Source of the DNA: Chloroflexota bacterium | GTDB lineage: Bacteria > Chloroflexota > Dehalococcoidia > Lucifugimonadales > UBA2985 | DNA length: 64,000 nucleotides | Assembly (NCBI GenBank): GCA_028877205.1 | Contig: JAPPHY010000007.1 | Span: 236,766 to 300,765 of the forward strand | Direction of reading: 5' to 3' | Shown: positions 9,999 to 17,584 of the stretch, piece by piece | How the letters are laid out: the number at the start of each line of letters is the position of its first letter | How positions within the stretch are numbered: the first letter of the stretch is position 1 | Notes under the pieces: generated by a model | Told to the model about the DNA's origin: nothing | Database searches by the model: none | The model's input: only the letters and a program-made list of their open reading frames with translations | Position numbers and translations under genes: made by a program

Positions 9999-10766
9999 CT
10001 ACCTGGCCTGTCGGGTCAGAAGTTCTGACAGCGAACGAACCTCGACATCCGGCTTGGGGTCGTTCTCCGCACGAATGGCTCCAGTGCGATTGAGCCAGAT
10101 TGAGGTAATCCCGGCGGTATTCGCGCCTGCCACGTCCGACACCAGGCTGTCTCCAACATGACACACGGCTCCCTTATCCACTCCTAGCCTGCTGAGGGCG
10201 ACTTCAAAGCCCGCTGATGCGGGCTTCGCAACGCCAACCTCTCCGGAGATGACGATGCAGTCAAACCAGCTTTCGATGTTGAGGGCGCGTACCTTGTCGC
10301 GCTGGGTGTCGGATGCTCCATTCGTGATGAGAGCTAGTGGAATGTGAGCCTCTCTTGCTGCCGACACAAACTCCAGGACGTCGTCGAACAGGCGGTAAGC
10401 CTCGCGGGCTAGCCGGCTGTGAGTTTGAGCCGCGTACTGCGCGACCGATTCATCGCTGCACCCGCAAGCCTGTAGTGTGCGTCGCCAGGTTTCGAGGCCT
10501 ACAGAAGCACCGTCGATAGCGCCAGTCATAAAGTCGTGCGCTACCTGGGGCCAGTAGGACTCCCGGGCTCTGTCGTTGGCCTCGGCTAGATGAGCGTGAT
10601 CCAGTCCGGGCTGGACCGCCGCGATCTCCTTGCACGTGCGCACGATCACCTCCTGCTGGGGGCCGTCATCCAGCAGCGTATCGTCCAGGTCAAGGAAGAT
10701 GGCCTGTGGGGGCTGCCTCGATAGACCCCGCACGTGAGCCGTCTCCAAACCTGGTCTGTCTTCCAT
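9999..10766 (-). CDS. HAD-superfamily hydrolase
   Basis: Motif I FLDLDDTLLD, later ITNG and a GDS..D motif. The likely start is ATG 10766 (MEDRPG...) because the track ORF N-terminus overlaps the upstream gene. Confidence 0.75.
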   Translation of the reverse strand: MEDRPGLETAHVRGLSRQPPQAIFLDLDDTLLDDGPQQEVIVRTCKEIAAVQPGLDHAHLAEANDRARESYWPQVAHDFMTGAIDGASVGLETWRRTLQACGCSDESVAQYAAQTHSRLAREAYRLFDDVLEFVSAAREAHIPLALITNGASDTQRDKVRALNIESWFDCIVISGEVGVAKPASAGFEVALSRLGVDKGAVCHVGDSLVSDVAGANTAGITSIWLNRTGAIRAENDPKPDVEVRSLSELLTRQAR

Positions 10767-10780
10767 AGTCACGCTCGCGC

Positions 10781-11575
10781 CTAAAGCTCGTCCAAACGCG
10801 ACACAGGCCGGTCGTTTCTGCGGCCCACCATCCGCGTGAATCCGAGAGTCCGCCCTTCGTCGAGGGCAAGCATGTCCGCCTCGTCGGCAGGCTTGCCCAG
10901 CTTCTCCGACCACATCAGGTCCGATTCCATCCAGAGCCGCCATCCGTCCGGCAGCAGGTCGGCATGCTCGACGGTCACCAGCCCGCTTCGCTCCCAGTGA
11001 CGCTTCCACCAGGCCGGGCTGTGGAGGCTGAAGAGCGCCGGCTCCCAGTACTGCGAAAGGTGTTCCGGCGGCTCGTCCGATGGCAGCTCCTCGACCAACC
11101 CTGGCACCACGATGCCCATCTGCCCGCCGGGCCTGACTAGGCGCGCCATGTGACTCTCCAGGTAGAGGTCATCCGTCCCGAAGTAGTGGTATGCGTCCAC
11201 GCTCACCATGGCGTCGAAGAACCCGTCGGCGAACGGCAGGGCGTGGGCTTCGGCGCGGATGGGAAACACCCTGTCGTGGACACCCGCTTCGCAGAACCGT
11301 CGATAGTTCTCGCTTGCGTCTATCCAGAGGTCGACTGCCCACACCTGCAGCCCGTACTCCTTGGCGAGGAATATCGAACTCAGGCCCCTGCCGCAGCCCA
11401 AGTCCAGCACACGCATCCCGGGGCTCAGGCTCATCCGCTCCGCCAGCGACTCCGTCAGCCACAGGGCGTTGGGGCCCATCATGTTGTCCAGGACCCAGTC
11501 GGGATCGTAGGCCGCGGATCGAGGAAACCCGGCGGGCGTGAACGCGTCCCCGCGGCCCTCGCCTGAGCCGCTCAT
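10781..11575 (-). CDS. Class I SAM-dependent methyltransferase
   Basis: SAM-binding motif VLDLGCGRGLSSIFLA followed by FDAMVSVDAYHY. Confidence 0.8.
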   Translation of the reverse strand: MSGSGEGRGDAFTPAGFPRSAAYDPDWVLDNMMGPNALWLTESLAERMSLSPGMRVLDLGCGRGLSSIFLAKEYGLQVWAVDLWIDASENYRRFCEAGVHDRVFPIRAEAHALPFADGFFDAMVSVDAYHYFGTDDLYLESHMARLVRPGGQMGIVVPGLVEELPSDEPPEHLSQYWEPALFSLHSPAWWKRHWERSGLVTVEHADLLPDGWRLWMESDLMWSEKLGKPADEADMLALDEGRTLGFTRMVGRRNDRPVSRLDEL

Positions 11576-11579
11576 CTCA
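11564..11579. repeat. 16-bp perfect direct repeat, left copy (tgagccgctcatctca)
   Basis: Identical to 13889-13904. It contains the first four codons (MSGS) of the methyltransferase on the minus strand. Confidence 0.9.
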
Positions 11580-13888
11580 TCCTCCTACTCCGTTTCCGCC
11601 TTTATCCTTTTGGATAGTCCTATCTCCTCCAGTGTCCAATTGTCGCAGATAAACTGCCGGGAGCTTGTCAAAAACACAGCTACCGCACAATTGCGCAACT
11701 GCTATTTGGTGACACCGGATCTTGATTCTCGCGCCGAAATGAAGGCATTGGTCGCCTCTCGTTGTAGGTCAGTCAAATCTGCCCAGCGTTCACTTTGGAT
11801 TCGCTGAACAGGATTGACCAAGTCTTCAGGGTCAATGAACGCCCTAGCAGCGTCGATGGGGAAATACCAGCCTTTACGCGACGAGAACTTCCCTGCTGAG
11901 CTGGATTGCCGAGCGATCATTCCTTGCAAGAATGCCAAAACGCCATCATCTGACTCAGTAAGGCGCCTTACAAACCTTTGGCATTCCTCGATGGGTGCCC
12001 AGTCCTTCCATCTGTACAGCAGAATCCCAAGATGGGGGGATTGAGCAAGCGACATCTGCTCGGCCTCAGTGCTAATCCTAGTGACAAGCCTATTTCGAAC
12101 CTCGCTCCACTGAGTCTCATCTAGTAGTCGTTTCTCAAATTGGGAATGCTCGCCGTAGAATCGCGTAAAATCAACAACTGCTCCTAAGGAAATCGCTCTT
12201 GTCGCCGCTTTGAGGAGGATGCCCAGTCTCTCGGGTTCCGTCAGACGAGCCAGCAGCCTGTGAACAACGTTCTCAGCCCTTAGCAATTGATTTTCGGACC
12301 AAAGCCCCGTCTGCAACTTGTCACCTGTGTCAAACAAAGCCAAGACCGCGGCCCCAATATGCTCCTCAGGCAGATCGGCCGCAGCATCACCGAGGCGTAC
12401 AAGGAAGCTATCGATCTTGCTGAATCCCACTAGTTCTTCAAGCTCAACTACTAGCCTTGCGTGGTCCCAAGCGTACCCCACAATTGTCTCAAACTCAGTT
12501 TGGGTTACCTCTCCTTCTGGCGGACGTAGATAAAAGTAGCGCGGGAAGTAGTCTATAGTGCAAATCCGTCTCGACTTACGCCACACCTCATGGTACCCGT
12601 CGCTGAAGGTCGAGCCACCATACAAGGTCTCGGTTTCTGGGAAAAGCTGAGAGCAAATCTCTCTCATGGCCGCTCGCAACTCTGACCTGCAAAGCGAATA
12701 AGCTTCGTCCAGTCTGTTTCTATGCTGTTCTCTCGTAGTCAGGCCACCCATGGACCAAGAACCGCCAGCTGCTCCAACCATGATTTCTCGATTGTTCCGG
12801 ATGAACGAGTAGAGCTCTGGTGCAAATGTCCTAACAGCCTCGATACCAGCAAGGTCTACAGGGTTCACTTCGTCTGCAACAATTCCACCACTAACCGCAA
12901 GACCGTTGACGTACCGAACCACATCTCGGGGTGTTCTGATTAACTTATCAAGTCCACCGGCAGTCAAATCAATCCAGCGGATGAGGTTTTCCTCGCTGCC
13001 GCTTGTGAAATGGCCTAGCTTGTCTATGGATTGCGAGAAGAACCGTTGAAGTTTGTTCGGTTCTGCTGGAGGGATGTCAAACCCAACTTGGACGATCTTC
13101 TCCAAGTATTCACTGCCTGATACCCCCTGTTCCCGAGCAAGTACCGACGTTACAACGTCCCGGTCGAATGCTAACACGTATGTCATCCGGTCAAAGTCGG
13201 CGTTGAGGCGGATTAGTCGGAACATAAGCCGCATGGACTCTTGGTCGAGCCTATCAATGTTATCGATGAGTACGAAGATTCGGCGATTCAGCTTGCGGAG
13301 CTCTCTGTTGGTACGCTCCTTGACTTCGATGAGTGATTCTGTTTTCCCTTCCAGAGCCTCAGCGCCTCGCTCAACTGTTTGCGACAGACCTCTGAAAGAA
13401 GAACCTACTACCGGGGAGACTTCCCCGACAGCTAGTATGACAGATAACGCTTGAAGGGACCTTTGTACATTCTTAGCCAACTTAGACCCTGAACGTCCAG
13501 CACCCACCTGAAGCTCGCGGAAGAACATCAAAAGGAGCGAATCCAGGTTTGAGAAGTTCCAGGGATTAAATCTGATTACGATTGGCGCCAGCGCGGAGTC
13601 TCCTGTCTTTTGGGCAATTTCCTTGGCGAGCAGGTTGAGCAACGAAGACTTCCCGGTACCCCACGGAGCGTATAACGCTACGACTAGACAACGGTCGTCT
13701 CTATAGCTTTTAAGTTGCCTTGCTAGCTTTGATGCGAACTCCCCGCGACCAAGATAGTCTTGGTCAACGGCTGAGATAGGTTGGTCAGGGACGAGGGCGG
13801 GTTCAGCCATTTTGTTAGAGACCTTCCATAGCTTTCAACCTGGTTAATTGTGCTCGTATTGGGCCTCACAGCGCAATCGGAATGAGTT
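11580..13888 (-). mobile_element. Putative 2.3-kb insertion (islet) carrying a KAP NTPase, no recombinase
   Basis: It is bracketed by the 16-bp direct repeat. It is A/T-richer than the flanks: line 12061 has 31/60 G+C, line 16201 has 45/60. Deleting it restores an ATGA-coupled gene pair. Confidence 0.5.
11702..13810 (-). CDS. KAP family P-loop NTPase
   Basis: Walker A ALYAPWGTGKSSLLNLL, Walker B-like RIFVLIDNIDRLD, and a long helical C-terminal region typical of KAP NTPases. Confidence 0.85.
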   Translation of the reverse strand: MAEPALVPDQPISAVDQDYLGRGEFASKLARQLKSYRDDRCLVVALYAPWGTGKSSLLNLLAKEIAQKTGDSALAPIVIRFNPWNFSNLDSLLLMFFRELQVGAGRSGSKLAKNVQRSLQALSVILAVGEVSPVVGSSFRGLSQTVERGAEALEGKTESLIEVKERTNRELRKLNRRIFVLIDNIDRLDQESMRLMFRLIRLNADFDRMTYVLAFDRDVVTSVLAREQGVSGSEYLEKIVQVGFDIPPAEPNKLQRFFSQSIDKLGHFTSGSEENLIRWIDLTAGGLDKLIRTPRDVVRYVNGLAVSGGIVADEVNPVDLAGIEAVRTFAPELYSFIRNNREIMVGAAGGSWSMGGLTTREQHRNRLDEAYSLCRSELRAAMREICSQLFPETETLYGGSTFSDGYHEVWRKSRRICTIDYFPRYFYLRPPEGEVTQTEFETIVGYAWDHARLVVELEELVGFSKIDSFLVRLGDAAADLPEEHIGAAVLALFDTGDKLQTGLWSENQLLRAENVVHRLLARLTEPERLGILLKAATRAISLGAVVDFTRFYGEHSQFEKRLLDETQWSEVRNRLVTRISTEAEQMSLAQSPHLGILLYRWKDWAPIEECQRFVRRLTESDDGVLAFLQGMIARQSSSAGKFSSRKGWYFPIDAARAFIDPEDLVNPVQRIQSERWADLTDLQREATNAFISARESRSGVTK

Positions 13889-13904
13889 TGAGCCGCTCAT
13901 CTCA
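13889..13904. repeat. 16-bp perfect direct repeat, right copy
   Basis: tgagccgctcatctca. On the minus strand it reads TGAGATGAGCGGCTCA. That is the stop codon of ORF 13897-14127 overlapping an orphan ATG-AGC-GGC-TCA. Confidence 0.9.
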
Positions 13905-14127
13905 CGTGCAGCTGCCTGACCACTCCGTCCACCACCGTCCCGACCACGTGCCCGCCAACCGCTCCTCGAATGCGATCGTCGTCCCATTCGTCGCCCAGGT
14001 CATAGGCGTAGGTCTTGAAGTCCGACGCCGGCTCCGCCTCGAAGGCGAACACCTGCACCTCCAGCGACAGTTCCTTAGCGGCTGTGTCCATGCTCAGCAG
14101 CATTCCGGATATTCCTTCCCTTGCCAT
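13897..14127 (-). CDS. Hypothetical small acidic protein (76 aa)
   Basis: Internal start ATG 14127 is preceded by aagagggggaccgg. No recognisable motif. Confidence 0.4.
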   Translation of the reverse strand: MAREGISGMLLSMDTAAKELSLEVQVFAFEAEPASDFKTYAYDLGDEWDDDRIRGAVGGHVVGTVVDGVVRQLHVR

Positions 14128-14221
14128 CCGGTCCCCCTCTTGTGTTTCGTGCTTCAGCCGAGAATAACACTGCAGCGCCCACTTGGGCAATCGAAGCGCC
14201 GGCGCGGAGGGCGGCCGCCCT

Positions 14222-14596
14222 TCAGCCGAACCAGATGCCCAGATACTTCGTGAACCAGAACAGGCCTGCGTACGTGGCCACCGCCGACCCCGCAAGTACG
14301 ATCAGCATGCGGCGGTACCGGTACGCGCCGCGCACGTTGCAGGCGCCGCGGCCACGCAGGAACAGCACGACCGCCAGCGTAGCTACGCCGAGTCCAGCCG
14401 CCCGGAAGTACCAGCCATACTCGTAGTAGAGGGTGTCGCCGAGCGTGACCGCCTCGGCGGCGGTTGCGATGCCAAGCAGCACCAGCACCACGGGCGATAC
14501 GCAGCAAGTGATGGCGACCAGGCCGGAGGCCACGCCCATGAGGAGTCCCCGTTTCACAGTCCTATTCGCTGCCTCAGGCGCCGTGTGTTCGGACAT
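14222..14596 (-). CDS. Small membrane protein with vicinal-cysteine TM motif (MerT/MerF-like?)
   Basis: It has 3-4 TM segments. The first contains AITCCVSPVVLVLLG, which resembles the CC motif of mercuric-ion transporters. Family assignment is uncertain. Confidence 0.45.
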   Translation of the reverse strand: MSEHTAPEAANRTVKRGLLMGVASGLVAITCCVSPVVLVLLGIATAAEAVTLGDTLYYEYGWYFRAAGLGVATLAVVLFLRGRGACNVRGAYRYRRMLIVLAGSAVATYAGLFWFTKYLGIWFG

Positions 14597-14762
14597 CGTC
14601 CATTCTCTCGTGAAGTAGAGCCGTCATGCCCCGTTCAACAGGCTAGTCCCTTGCCTGGAGGCGCGTCAACAAGGTTGGATGCTCGCGGAGGCCGGACGGT
14701 TGCGGTCGGGCCGCGAACTGCCTCGCATCTCGCCACAATCCCGTTGACCAAACAGAACACAC

Positions 14763-15122
14763 GTGCTATTCTCTCGCCTGAACGTATCCCATGCAGGGAT
14801 GCCATCGCAGGAGGAAGCCTTGCCGGATTCTCTGCACACTCTGGTACTCGTTCAAGGGGCGCTCACTGCCCTGTCCGGCGGGTTCAACGCAGTCTACTTC
14901 GCCCGCTACTCCGCGTCCGACCGGAGCAGGCGGATTGCGTCGCGGGTGCTTGCGCTGGTTAACCTGAGCTTCCTTCTGCAGGGCCTGTACTGGGCTGGAG
15001 ACGCGGCCGGCGATCAGGTGGATGGCCCGCCGCCGTGGCCGGGACTCGTAACGCTGCTGGCCTCGCTGGCCATAACCGCGATGGTGGTCCGTCGAAGATA
15101 CGGCGGCGGCCGCAGTCGATAG
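14763..15122 (+). CDS. Hypothetical membrane protein
   Basis: Three hydrophobic segments. An alternative start is ATG 14799 (MPSQEE...). Confidence 0.35.
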   Translation: MLFSRLNVSHAGMPSQEEALPDSLHTLVLVQGALTALSGGFNAVYFARYSASDRSRRIASRVLALVNLSFLLQGLYWAGDAAGDQVDGPPPWPGLVTLLASLAITAMVVRRRYGGGRSR

Positions 15123-15153
15123 TAGAACAGCACTCGGGGAAGGGAGGCCGCCT

Positions 15154-15312
15154 GTGAGCGCCATGTCGAAGGCCATCGAGAAGCGTGAGTGGGAGGTGGT
15201 TGCCGTGTGCCTGCTGAGGGGGCTTGTGCAGGCGGCCTCCGCACTGCCGCCGGATGCCGTGCACCACTTGGTGGAGGCGCTGGAAGGAGACGAAGGTGCC
15301 CGGAAGGTCTAG
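15154..15312 (+). CDS. Hypothetical small protein (52 aa), not in ORF track
   Basis: GTG 15154 lies 6 nt after gggaagggagg. The product is VSAMSKAIEKREWEVVAVCLLRGLVQAASALPPDAVHHLVEALEGDEGARKV. Confidence 0.3.
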   Translation: MSAMSKAIEKREWEVVAVCLLRGLVQAASALPPDAVHHLVEALEGDEGARKV

Positions 15313-15916
15313 CGAAACGACGCCGGAGCCCGGCGCCTTCTACGAGGAGGCCCTGTCGCGGGCGGAGCGAGTGCGCCTCTCGCGGGCACGACAGCTCCAG
15401 GGCCTGGACGAGGAGATCGCGCTGCTGAGGGTGCGCCTGGGCAGGCTGGCGGAGCGCGCCCGAGCTTACCTGCTGGACCTGCTGCAGAGCGGCGGCGCCA
15501 GGCTGCACGTGGACTTCATCGACGTGATACACCGCGCCCTGCACGACCTGTCAGAGGCGCCGCGCATCAGCTTCGGAGACAACCCGCGGAACCTGTCCGG
15601 CGTGGCGCTGGAGATGGAGATGGAGATGGGCCCGCTGCTCCAGCGAGTGCGCCGCAAGAGGCTCATCCGCGCCACGGCCTACCGGGAGTGGAACGAGATG
15701 GCGCTGCGGATCCTGGAGAAGCGCACGGGCGTGAAGTACCTGCCGGTGAGGCAGCGAATCGTGTGGGGGCCGCTGCTTCCGCAGGACCGCAGCCGGCTGG
15801 TGAGGGAGCAGCAGACGCTTGTGGAGGCGGGCATCCAAAGCCGGCGCCGCGCCATGGAGAACCTTGGCATCGACGACCCGGATGCGGAGCTGGAGCGGCT
15901 GAGGGCGGAGGGGTGA
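15224..15916 (+). CDS. Hypothetical protein with phage-portal-like C-terminal tail (possible remnant)
   Basis: The C-terminus ...VEAGIQSRRRAMENLGIDDPDAELERLRAEG resembles the conserved tail of SPP1-type portal proteins. The start is uncertain (TTG 15224 or GTG 15296, which overlaps the preceding small ORF). Confidence 0.35.
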   Translation: MCRRPPHCRRMPCTTWWRRWKETKVPGRSSETTPEPGAFYEEALSRAERVRLSRARQLQGLDEEIALLRVRLGRLAERARAYLLDLLQSGGARLHVDFIDVIHRALHDLSEAPRISFGDNPRNLSGVALEMEMEMGPLLQRVRRKRLIRATAYREWNEMALRILEKRTGVKYLPVRQRIVWGPLLPQDRSRLVREQQTLVEAGIQSRRRAMENLGIDDPDAELERLRAEG

Positions 15917-15945
15917 GAGCGTTGGCTGGCCGCGGCCCCCCGTTT

Positions 15946-16095
15946 CCGCTCGTGGTGAGGCTGTCGAAGCATGAACGGGGAGAAACCACGACCGTCGGCA
16001 ATCCGCCCGCCCTTCGACAAGCTCAGGACGAGCGGGACACAATGTGCTTGCTCACCGACCCGCTCGTGGTGAGCTTGTCGAACCATACGAGCGGG
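15946..16095. repeat. REP family 1 cluster (three arms, A-B-A)
   Basis: ccgctcgtggtgaggctgtcgaagcat, cccttcgacaagctcaggacgagcgg and cccgctcgtggtgagcttgtcgaaccat. The arms are mutually complementary apart from a GG/GG bulge. Confidence 0.8.
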
Positions 16096-16131
16096 CCGAT
16101 TGCCAATAGCGACGTGAGTCGTGGCCCTTAC

Positions 16132-17460
16132 CTAGTCCGGGTTGGCGCTCCAGACCACTGAGTAGCTGAAGTCAGGCATGAACGCGCCGGAGATGCCGAT
16201 CTCCGCCGGCTTCCGTATCTGCCGCGCGCCCGCCCTGCCCTGCAGCTGCTGCACGCTGTCGATGTGGAGCCAGAAGCGGGTGCGGCCGGCCCCGGCGTTG
16301 CCGCCGCTGGGCGACGCAGGGTTCGGTCCCTCGATCGAAATGTCGGTCTGGTAGAAGTCCAGCGCCTCGCCGCGCTGCACCCCCGCGAACCGCAGTCCCT
16401 CCAGGTGGAACTGGTGGAACAGCGTGAAGCCGTCGTACATGTTCTCGAATGAGAGATCGCTTGGGCCTATGCCGGCGCCCTCGTACAGCTTGCGGCCCGT
16501 GAAGTCGGCGGCGTCCTGCCATTCCTCCAGCGTGGGCACCACGCTGCGCGCCGCAGGAAGCGTGCGGTTGTGGTTGAGGATGTAGACCGGCTTCTGCTTC
16601 ATGTCCTTGGCGCGCTCCGCAGTCGTGAACACGAAGGCCGCGGAGACGCAGATGGGCAGGTCGTTGTCGAACAGGTTGGCGGGCTTGGCGATCCAGCGGG
16701 CCGCCAGGTAGTCCTCGACCGACAGCGGCTCGGGCCGGTGCTGAGCCCAGAAGCCCTCCGGGAACAGCAGGCCGTTGCGCTTCTCCTCGACCACGAACTT
16801 CGCCATCATGTCGTGGCTCTTGCCGTACTTGCGGCAGTAGGCCTCGAAGATCATCGCCGTCGTGTAGCAGGCCACGGTGCCCCACAGTCCCTGCCACTTG
16901 CCGGGCCCGGCTATGGTGTTGCCGGCGGCGTCGCCCTGCCCAACGTAGTACCGCCCGCCGAAGTTGTGCCAGCCGCGCACCACAAGGCAGGTGTTGGTCA
17001 TGCCGTCTCCCACCGCCTGCGCCGCCACAACCAGGGCATTGGACATGCAGATGGGCGCGTACATGACGAACTTGACGTTGGTCAGCTCCGGCATGTTCTT
17101 GAGGATCCAGTCGGAGCTGAGCTTGGCGATGCCATCCATGGGGTCGTCCGTGGACTCATAGGTGTCGAGGAAGTCCTGCGGGATGGGCTTGTCGGCCGGC
17201 CAGGGCGATCCGGTGGAGGTCTCCGGCGTGAGCACCAGCCCGTCGACCTGGTCGGGAGTGACGCCCGCGTCCTCTATCGCCCTGCGTATGGCCAGGATGG
17301 TCCAGGCGCCGACGCTGGTGTCTGCGGTCTCGTCCCAGCGCCTCGCGGTGGGCGACACTCCAACGCCCACGGCCGCCACCTTGCCCCTGTGCTCCCACAC
17401 TCCAAGTCCCTCGGTGCTTCTGTAGATCGAATCCGGAGCCATCTGTGCCTGCGTTACCAC
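16132..17460 (-). CDS. Thiolase-like (SCP-x/lipid-transfer-type) protein, non-canonical
   Basis: Thiolase-fold landmarks are present (APICMSNALVVAAQAVGDG, ...SGGNAGAGRTR...). The usual GHP catalytic His motif is replaced. Confidence 0.75.
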   Translation of the reverse strand: MVTQAQMAPDSIYRSTEGLGVWEHRGKVAAVGVGVSPTARRWDETADTSVGAWTILAIRRAIEDAGVTPDQVDGLVLTPETSTGSPWPADKPIPQDFLDTYESTDDPMDGIAKLSSDWILKNMPELTNVKFVMYAPICMSNALVVAAQAVGDGMTNTCLVVRGWHNFGGRYYVGQGDAAGNTIAGPGKWQGLWGTVACYTTAMIFEAYCRKYGKSHDMMAKFVVEEKRNGLLFPEGFWAQHRPEPLSVEDYLAARWIAKPANLFDNDLPICVSAAFVFTTAERAKDMKQKPVYILNHNRTLPAARSVVPTLEEWQDAADFTGRKLYEGAGIGPSDLSFENMYDGFTLFHQFHLEGLRFAGVQRGEALDFYQTDISIEGPNPASPSGGNAGAGRTRFWLHIDSVQQLQGRAGARQIRKPAEIGISGAFMPDFSYSVVWSANPD

Positions 17461-17584
17461 TTCTCACCTCCTCAAGGGTCTCTACTGCAACCCGCAGCCT
17501 GATTCGACTGGCACACCGCCGCGCCTCTGGAATGGCGGGCAACCGGATTGTAACCCAGCAGCCTGCACAAGTCGAGCCGCAAAG

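Noticed and set aside
11576-13896. KAP NTPase together with neighbouring small ORFs as a multi-gene defence system
   Set aside because: The direct repeats show the insert contains only the KAP gene. The neighbouring small ORF and the methyltransferase belong to the interrupted host operon. No partner gene can be supported.
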